Shown: piece after piece, positions 47,635 to 61,300 of the stretch
Position numbering within the stretch: the stretch's first letter is position 1
How the letters are laid out: every line of letters starts with the position of its first letter
Assembly: GCA_002269645.1 (NCBI GenBank)
Contig: NIVC01002473.1
Span: 1-64,000, forward strand
From: Macrostomum lignano
Lineage: Eukaryota
DNA: 64,000 nt
Direction: 5' to 3'
Program-made: the position numbers and the translations under genes
Notes under the pieces: generated by a model
Database searches by the model: none
Told to the model about the DNA's origin: nothing
What the model saw: only the letters and a program-made list of their open reading frames with translations

Positions 47635-49704
47635 ATGGACTTCCTCTCTGCAGTCAGTAGTTTTATTCAAAATGCCAACAAAGTATTGCTTGAATTGAAG
47701 GACACTTTTGCAGGTGAGTAAGCCTTCCTTTGTAATCGTTAGCTGTTTTCTCAAAAAGTCTGTTTTTAATTATCAATTGGTGATTTAAGTGCAAAATAAA
47801 TTTCCAATATAATAATTAAAAATCGTTAGTTGAAGATCAAATTAAGTTAGAAACTGAAAATTTCAACTATTCACAGGTAAATTGATACCCTGCAAACATT
47901 CTATGTCTACTAATTTTTATCTTTTAAATTTACCTTTCAGATGATAGTATAGAAAACTTTGACAAAAGATTGCTGACTTGTGGAAGATTGATTGGCTTAT
48001 ATTCATCTATGCTTAAACAGTAAGTATATTTGCAGTTTAGGAAAAAATTAATAGCATTATATTATATATTAATGATCAATAAAAAACTTTTTTATATATA
48101 TGATAATTTTTAGATGCAGTGTCAACTCATTCAAGGAATTAGATTCCCTGTTCAAAGCAAATTTTGCACAATATGAGGTTCAGGAAGTATATGAAAATCT
48201 TTTGCAATTTGAGGTAACCACATTTTTATTGTACTAAAATATTAATTTCACAAATTTTTTTATATGATTATTTTTCTTGATTTTTTATAGGAATCGTGGG
48301 ATGAATTTCTCACTAAGCTTGATTCAAAATATCTACAGCAGTGGCTACCTCAAAGTCCTGGATCCAATGCTACTGATGTCCTTCAAATGCAACTGGTCTG
48401 TGCAACGACTAAGCAGCAGCTCCCACTCAGCGATCTGATTGGCCAAGGAACTAAATTTCTTCTGCTAGTTTTCCTACGCCATTTAGCCTGACATCCATGA
48501 CAGCAGCATGCGGTAGAGTTGCAGCTGCGGCTTGTGAGTAGTTTTATATTAAGAGATTGTTAAGAGCCTTTTAGTTTTGAAAGTTTGCATACCAAATCAT
48601 TTTCATAGTTCCCCTATGAAATGGCAATTTTATTTTTCTGGCAGCTAACCTTTAAAATGTATGCACCTCTTTAGGTTTCATTAATATACTAAATCTCCTG
48701 CTATTAATGTATACTCATGCATGATGTTGGGTTATCTGAATGACCTTTCATTCTGGTCTTGAGAATGGTCTTGAGAGGGGTTGCTCCACTTAGAGTAAGT
48801 GTCGTTTTGTAAAAACAGTCCAGAGATTAGTCAGTAATCAAGGTAAAGGTTAATCAAACTTAAGGGTCCCAAGGGTCTTGGTGGGCGCCCCTGTCTCTTG
48901 GTGGGCGCTCCTGTCTCTTGCTGGGTGCCCCTGTCTCTTGGTGGACGTCCTTGTCTTTTAGCGGACACCCTTTGTCTCTTAGTGGGAGCCCCTGTCTTTT
49001 GGTGGGCGCCCTCCATCTTTTGGTGGGCCCCGCCCCTGCCTCTTGGTGGGCTACCGCTATCTCGGGCTTGTTAATTTCTTGTCATAAATCCAGCTTGTTG
49101 GCCTTTTTAAGTTTCGTTTTCCGATCACGCCCCCGTGTTACGCCACTGCGTGCCGTATTAACTCTGCGATTTTGACACGTTGACTGACCAACTGCCATGG
49201 ATAATATATTATTTACAATAACCCAAATCTTACACACCCGCGCAGCCAAGCCTGCAAGCTGCGCACTGCCGCCCGCTGCTGATCAGCTTCGCTTCCGATC
49301 CAGACGTCATCCGCAACTGGTTAACTCGCGTCTGCCTAGTTGACAAAACTCCAAATAGTACATGCACAGAGACATCCGATGATCCTTCAGTAGGTGCCTT
49401 CGCCGACCCGGAACGTGACCTGTATCGACGCTTTGGTTTGAATCGTTCCGCTGTCAACAGCTGGGGCGTAGCGGCTCTTCATCACTACGCCCAACTGTCC
49501 GCTTGTGGTGTTAAAACGGACAAACCGGCCGATGTGAACACAGAGGATCTGCTGCAGATGGGTGGCGATTTTCTACTGAAAGTAGAATACAACGGATCAG
49601 GTAGTGATGCGGAGTGTCGGCTTGTGTTTAGTCAGGCAGGCGGATCGTCTACTGACCGACCGAGTATTGATACTATTCTAGCCAAGTGTCGCGAGTACAT
49701 GTAG
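47635..49704 (+). CDS. SELENOL: Selenoprotein L (thioredoxin-like, UxxU). Exons 47635-47713, 47941-48019, 48114-48213, 48291-48533, 49246-49704; 319 aa; Sec codons at 48489-48491 and 48498-48500
   Basis: GT-AG exons in phase translate to ENLLQFEESWDEFL...LLLVFLRHLA-U-HP-U-QQH...DPERDLYRRFGL...QMGGDFLL...DRPSIDTIL, matching the SelL LRHF(G/A)ULPURDH pattern. A SECIS lies downstream. Confidence 0.93.
48870..49035. repeat. ~20-bp minisatellite (CCCTGTCTCTTGGTGGGCGC) in SELENOL intron 4
   Basis: Read directly. Confidence 0.85.
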
Positions 49705-49819
49705 TGTAGCTAGCGTAGCTTATTAAATAACTTGTCGCTTTATGTTATGCTGGTGCTTTTTTACCGGAAAATATGAACACTTAGTAGAATTGACTACAGA
49801 AGTACAGAACACGCGCCCT

Positions 49820-50455
49820 AGGATAAATATGTTTGTAGGGACTACTGTCTGTACAGGATGTTTGTAAGGACAGCTGTCTGTACAAGATGTTTGCAAAGAC
49901 TGCTGTCTGTACATGTAGATGTTTGCAAGGATTGCTGTTTGTACAAGATGTTTGCAAGGACTGCTGTCTGTACAAGATGTTTGCAAGGATTGCTGTTTGT
50001 ACAAAATGTTTGCAAGGACTGCTGTCTGTACATGTAGATGTTTGTAAGGACTGCTGTCTGTACAAGATGTTTGCAAAGACTGCTGTCGGTACAAGATGTT
50101 TGTAAGGACTGCTGTCTGTACAAAATGTTTGTAAGGACTGCTGTCTGTACAAAATGTTTGTAAGGACTGCTGTCTGTACAAAATGTTTGTAAGGACTGCT
50201 GTCTGTACAGGATTTTTGTAAGGACTGTTGATTGTACAAGATGTTTGCAAGGACTGCTGTCTGTACATGTACAAGATGTTTGTAAGGACTGCTGTCTGTA
50301 CAAAATGTTTGTAAGGACTGCTGTCGGTACAAGATGTTTGTAAGGACTGCTGTCTGTACAAAATGTTTGTAAGGACTGCTGTCGGTACAAGATGTTTGTA
50401 AGGACTGCTGTCTGTACAGGATGTTTTGAAAGGACTGCTGTCGGTACAAGATGTT
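49820..50455. repeat. ~29-bp minisatellite (GTACAAGATGTTTGCAAGGACTGCTGTCT) downstream of the SELENOL stop
   Basis: Read directly. Confidence 0.95.
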
Positions 50456-50549
50456 GATGTTGCAGTCAAATACCAATATCCATTCTGCCATTCCAAAATA
50501 GTAGACTTATTACATGTATTACATTACACGCAGTTGACATATATATAGC

Positions 50550-50610
50550 GCAATAATGACGGTCTCGTAACGGAAAAACTTTCTATAGTTCGTTGAGACC
50601 CGATCGGACA
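50550..50610 (+). promoter_or_regulatory. Type II SECIS element for SELENOL
   Basis: AUGAC (50556-60) and CGAU (50601-04) form the quartet. GGUCUC/GAGACC and AACG/CGUU form helix II, with unpaired AAA and an AACU/AGUU apical mini-stem. AATAAA occurs at ~50676. Helix I is not clearly resolved by eye. Confidence 0.85.
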
Positions 50611-51474
50611 CAGTCTGAATGTAATCATTATATTTACACTTCAGATGCGTTATATTTGTCAATTGTTTTCTTCATAATAAATCCAGAATAAAAATACACT
50701 CAACTGTAAACTGATGTAAATCTTCAGTAATAAAAGCATGCACGACAATATTAATTTATTTTTATTCATTTTCAGAATGTAACTAAATATACTCTTACAA
50801 GATATTTGTTATAAACAACCGCAGCGGTAAAACTTGCACTGACTACAAACTGTTATAACGGCGATTGCATTAGATAGAAAAAGGAAAAGGGAAGTCTGAT
50901 TTAAGGACATTTAAAGGGTAAAATGCCGGACACAAAGTTGATAAGTACAGGGAGTGCTATCAGAAATGTTTATAAAAGATTGGATAATCAATGATTAGAA
51001 TACTGTTTCTTCTACATGTATATTGGAGTCGATGTCAGTTACACATGTAGTGATTATCTATGTACTGACACTGCAGTTATCGTATAGTTATAGTTATTCG
51101 TACAGCAAAGCTTAAAACGAATCTAACTATTCGAAAACAGAAGCAAACAGAAATCAAATAAGGAAGCTGCTGGTATTACAGAGTTAATGTGTTAGGCACA
51201 AGTTGTTATGTTTAAAGTTACATTAATAACCTGACTATTTTGACGGTGCAAAATTGAATAGTAAAATTAGCAAAATTGAAACGTAAAACAGCAGCATACT
51301 AGATGAAGATGAGATCGACTGAGTGAAAGGGTAAGACAGGTCAAACTACTTGCTAGAAAAAAGCGTGTGCCACAGCGAGATCAACATGGAAATTATGCTG
51401 CACAGGGGATGCAACCAGAGTGGACAGATGAGCTAGAAACAGCAGTGACGACGAGACGGAAGTATTGAAAACTA

Positions 51475-52290
51475 GAGGTGGACAGAGTAGATAGAGCAGA
51501 GTGGATAGAGTAGAGAGTAGATAGAGTAGAGTGGACAGAGTAGGGAGTAGATAGAGTAGAGTGGACAGAGTAGGGAATAGATAGAGTAGAGTGGATAGAG
51601 TAGGGAATAGATAGAGTAGAGTGGACAGAGTAGAGAGTAGATAGAGTAGAGTGGATAGAGTAGGGAATAGATAGAGTAGAGTGGACAGAGTAGGGAGTAA
51701 ATAGAGTAGAGTGAACAGAGTAGGGAGTAGATAGAGTAGAGTGGATAGAGTAGGGAGTAGATAGAGTAGAGTGGACAGAGTAGGGAGTAGATAGAGTAGA
51801 GTGGATAGAGTAGGGAGCAGATAGAGTAGAGTGGACAGGGTAGGGAGTAGATAGAGTAGAGTGGACAGAGTAGAGAGTAGATAGAGTAGAGTGGACAGAG
51901 TAGGGAGTAGATAGAGTAGAGTGGATAGAGTAGGGAGCAGATAGAGTAGAGTGGACAGGGTAGGGAGTAGATAGAGTAGAGTGGACAGAGTAGAGTGGAC
52001 AGAGTAGGGAGTAGATAGAGTAGAGTGGACAGGGTAGGAAGTAGATAGAATAGAGTGGACAGGGTAGGGAGTAGATAGAGTAGAGTGAACAGAGTAGGGA
52101 GTAGATAGAGTAGAGTGAACAGAGTAGGGAGTAGATAGAGTAGAGTGGACAGGGTAGGGAGTAGATAGAGTAGAGTGGACAGGGTAGGGAGTAGATAGAG
52201 TAGAGTGGACAGGGTAGGGAGTAGATAGAGTAGAGTGAACAGAGTAGGGAGTAGATAGAGTAGAGTGGACAGGGTAGGGAGTAGATAGAG
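51475..52290. repeat. 30-bp purine-rich minisatellite (GATAGAGTAGAGTGGACAGAGTAGGGAGTA)
   Basis: Read directly. Confidence 0.95.
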
Positions 52291-52354
52291 TAGAGTGGAC
52301 AATACAGAAAGAGCCAAAAGCAGAAGTGAAACAGCTGATGAAAAAAGCTCAAGA

Positions 52355-55300
52355 TCAGACCATAGAAGACCAGAGCCAGACCAGCACATTGCAAGTGGCG
52401 GCAATGGCCAGACACAGCAGGAGTCGCCGGGGCCGCAGCCAGGGCCACAGAAGCCACGCAGCCTTGCCCTCGGTGGAGCCGGCCGACTCCAAACCTGCGG
52501 TGCTGCCACCGTAGCGGGTGATTCTCAGCACGAACACCGCTCTGGACAGCACCAGGAACAGAGCCAGAGCTGCCAGCACCAGGGCTAGGAACAGAGCCAC
52601 CGGGTGTTGATGATGCTGGCTCTTGGAAATCGCGTAAATCCTATTTCGATGTTGATACTCTGCGATTGGAACCTGCATTTGATTTTTTATTTTGAAATTA
52701 CTGATTTTGATTTTGACATGAATGAATTTGCTTTTGACATTACTGATTTTAATTTTGAGATGAATGAACTTGATTTTGACATTACAGATTTTAAATTTTC
52801 ACATTACTGATTTTGATTTGACATTGCTGATTTTGAATTTTGACATTATTGATTTTGAAATTACTGATTTTGATTTTAACACTACTGATTTTGATTTTGA
52901 AACTACTGATTTTGATTTTGACATTACTGATTTTGATTTTGAAACTACTGATTTTGATTTCGACATTACAGATTTAGATTTTGACATTACAGATTTAGAT
53001 TTTGAAACTACTGATTTTGATTTTAACACTACTGATTTTGATTTTGACATTACTGATTTTGATTTGACACTACTGATTTTGATTTTGACATTACTGATTT
53101 TGAAACTACTGATTTTGATTTTGAAACTACTGATTTTGATTTTGACATTACTGATTTTGATTTTGAAACTACTGATTTCGATTTTGACATTACTGATTTT
53201 GATTTGACATTACTGATTTTGAATTTTGACATTACTGATTTTGAAACTACTGATTTTGATTTTGACATTACTCATTTTTTATTTTGACACTACAGATTTT
53301 GATTTTGAAATTACTGTTTTGATTTTGAAACTACTGATTTTGATTTTGACATTACTGATTTTGATTTTGAAATTACTGATTTTGATTTTGAAATTACTGA
53401 TTTTGATTTTGACATTACTCATTTTTTATTTTGACACTACTACTGATTTTGATTCTGACACTACTGATTTTGATTTTGACATTAATGATTTTGATTCTGA
53501 AACTACTGATTTTGATTTTGACACTACTGATTTAGATTTTTGACATTACTGATTTTGATTTTGACATTACAGATTTAGATTTTGACATTACTGATTTAGA
53601 TTTTGACACTACTGATTTTGATTTTACCTTATCTTGATGCTGCTGCTGGGGCCCTCGACGTTTAACAAGGGCTCGACGAAACGACAAGTCGTGATCGGAG
53701 TCCGCATAATCGGTGTCACTTTTCGAGGAGCCAGACCCAGTAGCAGACAAAGGAGCCGCCGTTTGCTTAACGCCAACCATTCGATTTGTTAGCGACTGTT
53801 TCTCTAGTTTTGGAATTTTTCTATTCCTTTTTGGAAGCTTATTCCTTGATCTGTTGCCGGCAGGTGGCGGCGGCCGACAAGAGCCGGGGCCGCTGGCTAC
53901 GCCGACCGGGATGCCGCGAGCTCGCATCCTGCAGCGCTGCTCTTCGATACGGCGCCCAGCGGCTAGCAGGTCGCGAGTGGCCTCCGGTGAGCTCCAGAGA
54001 CGCTCAGCTACTGCGGAAGCGAGAGGCCTGTTGGATTGGTGGGACACGGGGGTGAATGTGTGAAGCTTGTAGCCCAGCTTTATGAACAGGGTTTGTAAGT
54101 GTAATTGAAGCCGTTGAGGACTTTAGGCTGCAATCTGATTTTAAATGATCATGTGGTGCGGAGTTTCTGGGGTTTGAGATGTAGCATTTGCGAGCAATGG
54201 GTTTTAGTTGTGGTATTTCATCAGGATTGGTGTGGGATTCAATGGGATTCGTGTGGGATTCAATATGATAAATTGTGGGATTCAATAGGATGTAGTGTGG
54301 GATTCAATAGAATGGGTGTGGGATTCAATAGGATGGGTGTGGGATTCAATAGGATGGGGTGTGGGATTCAATAGGATGGGTGTGGGATTCAATAAGATGG
54401 GGTGTGGGATTCAATAGAATGGATGTGGGATTCAATAGGATGTGGTGTGGGATTCAATAGGATGTGGTGTGGGATTCAATAGAATGGATGTGGGATTCAA
54501 TAGGATGGGGTGTGGGATTCAATAGGATGTGGTGTGGGATTCAATAGAATGGGTGTGGGATTCAATAGGATGGGGTGTGGGATTCAATAGGATGGGGTGT
54601 GGGATTCAATAAGGTGGGGTGTGGGATTCAATAGGATGGGGTGTGGGATTCAATAGAATGGATGTGGGATTCAATAGGATGTGGTGTGGGATTCAATAGG
54701 ATGTGGTGTGGGATTCAATAGAATGGGTGTGGGATTCAATAGGATGGGGTGTGGGATTCAATAGGATGTGGTGTGGGATTCAATAGGACGGGGTGTGGGA
54801 TTCAATAGAATGGGTGTAGGATTCAATAGGATGGGGTGTGGGATTCAATAGGATGTGGTGTGGGATTCAATAGGATGGGTGTGGGATTCAATAGGATGGG
54901 GTGTGGGATTCAATAGAATGGATGTGGGATTCAATAGGATGTGGTGTGGGATTCAATAGGATGTGGTGTGGGATTCAATAGAATGGATGTGGGATTCAAT
55001 AGGATGGGGTGTGGGATTCAATAGAATGGGTGTGGGATTCAATAGGATGGGTGTAGGATTCAATAGGATGGGGTGTGGGATTCAATAGGATGTGGTGTGG
55101 GATTAGATAGGATGGGGTGTGGGATTCAATAGGATGCGTGTGGGAAAAATGGACAAAAACCGGAGCAAAATCTGGACGACCTCCGGACGAGAGTAGTTTT
55201 TCCGTCCGGAAATTGATCTGGTATTTCATCCGCTCGTTTCTCCGCTGTTCGAGACGGATCTAACCGGATAAAATACCGGATTAAATCTACTTACATCCTC

Positions 55301-58300
55301 CCTACAGTTTTGAGTCAGTGTGGTTTATGTAAAGCAGATTTTCTATTATAAATAGTCATGGGGATTATGGAAGGAGTCTCCGAGGGAAAACCGATGGAAG
55401 ATGACCCCATCATACGGTGATCTCCTCAGGCAATCCCTGGCCTACAAACACCTGGTCAGCGTCGCAAATTCCTTTCGATCTTTTGCAATATGTTATCAGA
55501 GATATACAGAAACTATGCGTATGTAGGATGAATTTAGGTTTATATATATATAATCATATGTCCGTTTAATGCCAATGTCTATAGAATTCTGCATATGCTT
55601 TTGCGTAGGATAACTTCAGCAACTACAAAAATTAAATTCATAAATTCTAAAACCCGAATTTCCAGCCCATCTGGCGATATGGATGAAGATGAAAAATCAA
55701 AACAGGCGCGTCGCATTTACATGCGTCGGTACATGCTGAAGCGCAGAGCTGAGGCACGGGAGCAATCTCCATCAGCCCCCTAGCCCCTAACTGTCGCTTC
55801 CTCAAGCGGCAACTGTTCAACTGGCCAAGGAGCTGCAAGTGCTTGCGTGCCAAGTGTCCAAGGAGCGGCTTGTGAGACAGGTGGTAGGTTTTTGATTCTG
55901 TACTTGGGTAATCTGCAGTTACTACACATTCAAGCTCATATTTATGCACATTTGCTAGTATAAGTAGTTGGAAAGTATACTCTATAGTATACAGTTTTAT
56001 TAGTTATGAAAGGTCATTAGGAATATGGATGATTATTGGAATAGAAATTTAATTTCGAAATTTGACGCTTATGTACCGCAGGCGATTCAGAGGACAGTAC
56101 TAGCGACAGCGACAGCTCCGTCACTGGCTCCGATGTCTCTGAAGCGATGGACATCGCCGGAGATTCAGGTGGACCTCCTCCGAGTACTCCTAGTACTTAC
56201 TCAGGTGACTCCGGTAAGTAATAGTTAATACTTACAGTTTACTATTACACAGTAAGCATTCAGTACATTGGAGTGTATTCAGATTTGTATGTATGCATGT
56301 AGCTATGGACAGCAAACAATGGACCACGCGGCTTGATTTTGACAAAACTGCTATCGATTTCTATTTTTAGGTTCTGAAGACAACAACGTGCCGGATCCAG
56401 GAGAGCTTGAACCTGAGCCCGACCCAAAGTTGCTCCAGCCATGGCACGAAGCGTTGCTTCCAACACTTGGTGAAGCGCTGCTGTAAATCGAGTCGTTTGC
56501 TCAGGATGTCAAACTGTCCCGTGAAAGTGTTACGTAAGCGGACTGGGCGAGCGGCGCGCAACGTGCTTAAGTCTGTGCAGATGTCTACTGGCACGTCTAA
56601 ATGTCGGACAGTGTGCAATGTCTGCTATAGGAATAGCCCTGGCCGAACCGAAGACAGCAATGAAGCATGTAGTAACTGCCAGTCACCTAAAGTGGCTAAC
56701 TTTTGGGTCTTCGATGTTAAAAACCAGCTCGAGACCTTTGTGTCGGCCCGCAGGCTGCTAGATCTTATTGTGTTCCCTGCACACAAGCCTGTGGCAAATG
56801 ATGTGCTCCACGAGGCCAACAGTGAACTCTATCAGGACTATATAACGAGCATTGTGCCTGAAGATCGGAGTGACTTGGCCAGAGAGATGTGCTATGACGG
56901 CTTCGCTCCGTAGCTTTAATGAAGCGATGATTAAGGATGATGAAGCGATGATGAAGTGAAGCATTGTTATTTGTTGTATGTAGAACGACAACTAATTACC
57001 GGAACATCTTTTTGCAAAGTTATCATTAAACTTATTATTTTTACAATTGACAGCTGCCATATGACAGTTTTGATGAAATTTGAAGGGTGTTTTCTTCTCT
57101 TTAAAAGCTCCTTTTCTGTAGTATGCTTGAACTCTTGAATTTATTCCTTTTGAGTACGTCTTATCTATTGTACAAGTAACCCGCGCTATTCCGCTATTTG
57201 CTTCTTCCGCTATTCTTTTCTGCGCTTAACCGCCCTCCTACTTCGTACTATGACACTTATAGTAATGGGGAACGTATCCTCACTCCCACAGCCTTGGACG
57301 GCGTACTAGCGCAGCAAATCAACAGCAATGGCGACGAAAAGGAATATAGGAAAAGGGAAACCGGACGATGACAATAACGATACTGTTAACGAACTATCCG
57401 TTGTCCCTAAGGGAAGTTCGTCGAAAGTAGTCGGAAGCGCAGACGACCAGCATCAAATGACCCCGTTTAAGTCTAAAGTTACGGCTCGGTAATACGTTTT
57501 TCAATACTCGCAACGTGACAACCGTACGGAATCAGTTTGCACTGATGCAACTTGCACAACTTGCGCAATTATTGTTAGCGTTTGCAAGACAACACCATTG
57601 CCACTAAATATCGGCTCCGTAGTCGCAATCGTAACCGCGAAAACAAATAGACTCCGAGCTAAACGCTACACAGGGACCACAATAAAGGGTCCCTTTGATA
57701 GCAAGGGGGAGGTGGCTGCCGCGGCCAAGCTGACGAACGTGTACGCATCGCCGCAGAGCTGCCGCGAAGATGCTCGTCTTGCCGTGGACTGACACTTAAA
57801 CTACAACGAGAAAAGAGTTTATCTGACACTCTAATTATTCTCAAATTACGCGATTGCAACATGCCCTGCAACCACGTACATACATCAAGCAGGTTCGAGG
57901 AGGAAATTCGCGAGCTGGGCCTAAAAATTATGGCCGGTCGTAAAGTTAAAGCTTCATTGCTAAAACAGTTAGGCCAAGAACACGGAAACTTCGTTTGTCT
58001 TCAGCGCAATGTATCGACAGCCAACGCTCTAATAACGCGTGCTTCCAGCTGCTTGACTGGACTTGTCCAGGCACAATCAGCAGCTTCGGCTGATGCAGAT
58101 ATGTCTGACGAATAACTATCTGACGCGGCCGAAGGCGATGACGGCCGAGAATTTTGTGCGCTGGTTTCAGCATGCGGATCTACGTCCGACACGCAACCGG
58201 GATAATCTATCTCAAGTCGTGTACCGCTGTCAGAGAGGCAGCCTTTTCTACTTGTGACCGTTGGCCATAGGTCCGACCTGGACAGTCGGCACGAGGAGTA

Positions 58301-61300
58301 TAAGGAAACGATGAAGCACCCGGTGGACATAGATGACGAGGCCCACAAAAAGACTGAGGATAAGCGACGCTTAGCGTGATTAACGCTGATGAGGGCTCTA
58401 TTCAGAAGCGTATTCACGGACGAGGAACTAGCCTCGTCCAGTCTGTCCGGCCGACGGATTGCAGGCTACAGGTAAGGTGCTGTAAACCCTGGAAAATTGG
58501 CCGCAGCCAAAATTTGGCTGGCGAATGCATCTATCGTTTACACCTAAGCCGAACTCCACCGAGCGTTCACCCGTTGCGGTAAAACAGCTCGCGAGAAGCT
58601 GGGGTACCCGAAACGTGTCGGAACGAAGAAAGCGGCTAATCCGGGAACCACCAAGCCGGATGCCACCAATCCGGGAAGCACCAAGCCGGGTGGCACCAAG
58701 CCGGGTACCACCAATCAGTCCACGACCAACAAGCCGTCCACCACCAAGCCGTCCGACTCCGGCGTACTCGGACGTCCGACTGGCTTAGTCAAAGAAGCCG
58801 AAGCACGCCAGGTAGACGCATCCAAGCAGGTTGTCGACATATCGGAGCTGGACGGGACTAACGACATGCCGAACCTAATAGTTCGCGATTAGTAACATAA
58901 GAATTTAAAGCTAACTAAAAGGTAAAATTTTATGGTCCCCTTTTGGTGTCCAAGGTGGAGCCCTTAATCTGTAGTGTAGTGTTAGCCTATATGGTGGTTT
59001 ATCTCTTAATCTGTGGTGGATCCCCCAATGTGTACTGTTAGCGATTTATGGTGGTTTATCCTGTGAGGAAGGGTGAGAGAGAGGTTGAGGAATGTGAGCG
59101 AGTAGAGGGAAGGTGGGAGATTAGAGAGATAGTGAGAGTAGAGAGACTGAGAGAGTAGAGGGTGAGATGGTTGAGGTGGGTGAGAGAGTAGACGATAATG
59201 AGATTGTAGGTGGTGACGCGAGAGGGAACTGGCACATGACCCTCTGTAAATCGCCTATGTCTATTTGAAGTGTCTTACACATGCTACTTGCAGTAGAGTT
59301 GAATGAGACACGATGTCTAAACACGCTATTCTATTCCTTCACATCAATCGCAACCTCGCACCGCTTTCGCTGCCAATTGCAGCTAGTGTTAGAGTCAGTG
59401 TTAGTGCGAATTTGAAAAAAAAATGTATGGAATGGACGAATATTTCGCCAGGCGTGAATTTTGAAGCCGGAATAACTGCTCCAGACTGTGTTTCTCATTT
59501 TTTCATCTCTTATTAGTAATCAATTTTATACTGCCAAATTCACGGACTATTAACCCGGTATTTCATCCTGCACTGCTAATCCGGATTTGATCCGGTTTTG
59601 TAGTCCGCATTTACATCCTTTTCCGGAGGTACCCGCGGAGCTAGGACCAGATGAAAGTACTAAAAAATTTACACTTTCATCCGTAATGTTAACAATTCAT
59701 CCGGCTTTCGTCCAGCATTTTTAAATAGGCACTTTATATTACGAACCGGATGAAAATCCGGAATTGTGCCTGGCCCTGGAGAAATTCAAAAGGTTGGATG
59801 TGGGATTCAATACAATGGGTGTGGAATTCAATAGGATGGGGTGTGGGATTCAATGGGATGGGGTGTGGGATTCAATAGGATGGGGTGTGGGATTCAATGG
59901 GATGGGGTGTGGGATTCAATAGGATGGGGTGTGGGATTCAATAGGATGGGGTGTGGGATTCAATAGGATGGGTGTGGGATTCAATAGGATGTGGTGTGGG
60001 ATTCAATAGGATGGGGTGTGGGATTCAATAGGATGTGGTGTGGGATTCAAAAGGATGTGGTGTGGAATTCGAAAGGATGTGGTGTGGGATTCAAAAGGAT
60101 GTGGTGTGGGATTCAAAAGGATGTGGTGTGGGATTCAATAGGATGTGGTGTGGGATTCAATAGGATGGGGTGTGGGATTCAATAGGATTTGGTGTGGGAT
60201 TCAAAAGGATGTGGTGTGGGATTCAATAGGATGTGGTGTGGGATTCAAAAGGATGTGGTGTGGGATTCAATAGGACGGGGTGTGGGATTCAAGGAGATAA
60301 AATCTGATGGAGTGCAGCGTCAATCCTCAAGTGGCCTTACCAAATCCTCTGCAGCACAGTATTATCGTCTTGGTATTCGTTCCACATGCAGGCTTCACCG
60401 CCAAGAACGTTGGCCATCCAAGAAGGCGGCGGTGGCTGCTGCTGCTGTTGCTGCTGAGGTGGCGGCTGCTGCTGCGGCATCTGCTGTTGAAACGGTCCGC
60501 CATTATAAGTGCCAGCATAATTAGCAATAGGATCGCACAGGTACATTTTAGTCCACTGAGGACCGTACTCTAGCCTGTCCAGGTACCAGCAGGTGCTGTA
60601 GAGAACTCGGTAGCCAGCTTGGGCGACCATGGCTACATCGGAGGCTTCGCCTTTCCATACCTGCACTATGGTGCCTCTCTTTAGCTAAAATGAGAAAAAA
60701 AAGTAAGACATATTGTATTACTACTACTAATAGTATTATTGAACTTTAAGTTAGATTTTCATAAAGTTTTCGAAACTTAGAAAACAGAAAGATCGTTATT
60801 GTAGTTTACTGCAAAACTGGCTACACCTCAATGTATATTCTAATCAGTTATCATTCTGATAAAAGCTCCTCTACCCCAGATGTACACACACTGGCCATAG
60901 AATAAAACCCCCTCTACCCCAGATGTACACACACTGGCCATAGAATAAAACCCCCTCTACTCCAGATGTACACACACTGGCCATAGAATTAACCCCCTCC
61001 TCTACCCCAGATGCACACACACTGGCAATAGAATTAACCCCCTCCTCTACCCCAGATGTACACACACTGGCAATAGAATTAACCCCTTCCTCTACCCCAG
61101 ATGCACACACACTGGCAATAGAATAAACCCCCCTCTACCCCGGATGCACACACACTGGACATAGAATAAACCCCTCTACCCCAGATGCACACACACTGGC
61201 CATAGAATAAACCCCCTCTACCCCAGATGCACACACACTGGCCATAGAATAAAACCCCTCTACCCCAGATGTACACACACTGGCCATAGAATAAAACCCC

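Noticed and set aside
49773-49812. Alternative SECIS candidate close to the SELENOL stop (ATGA...AA...GA)
   Set aside because: Helix II is weak and mismatched compared with the canonical element at 50556-50604.
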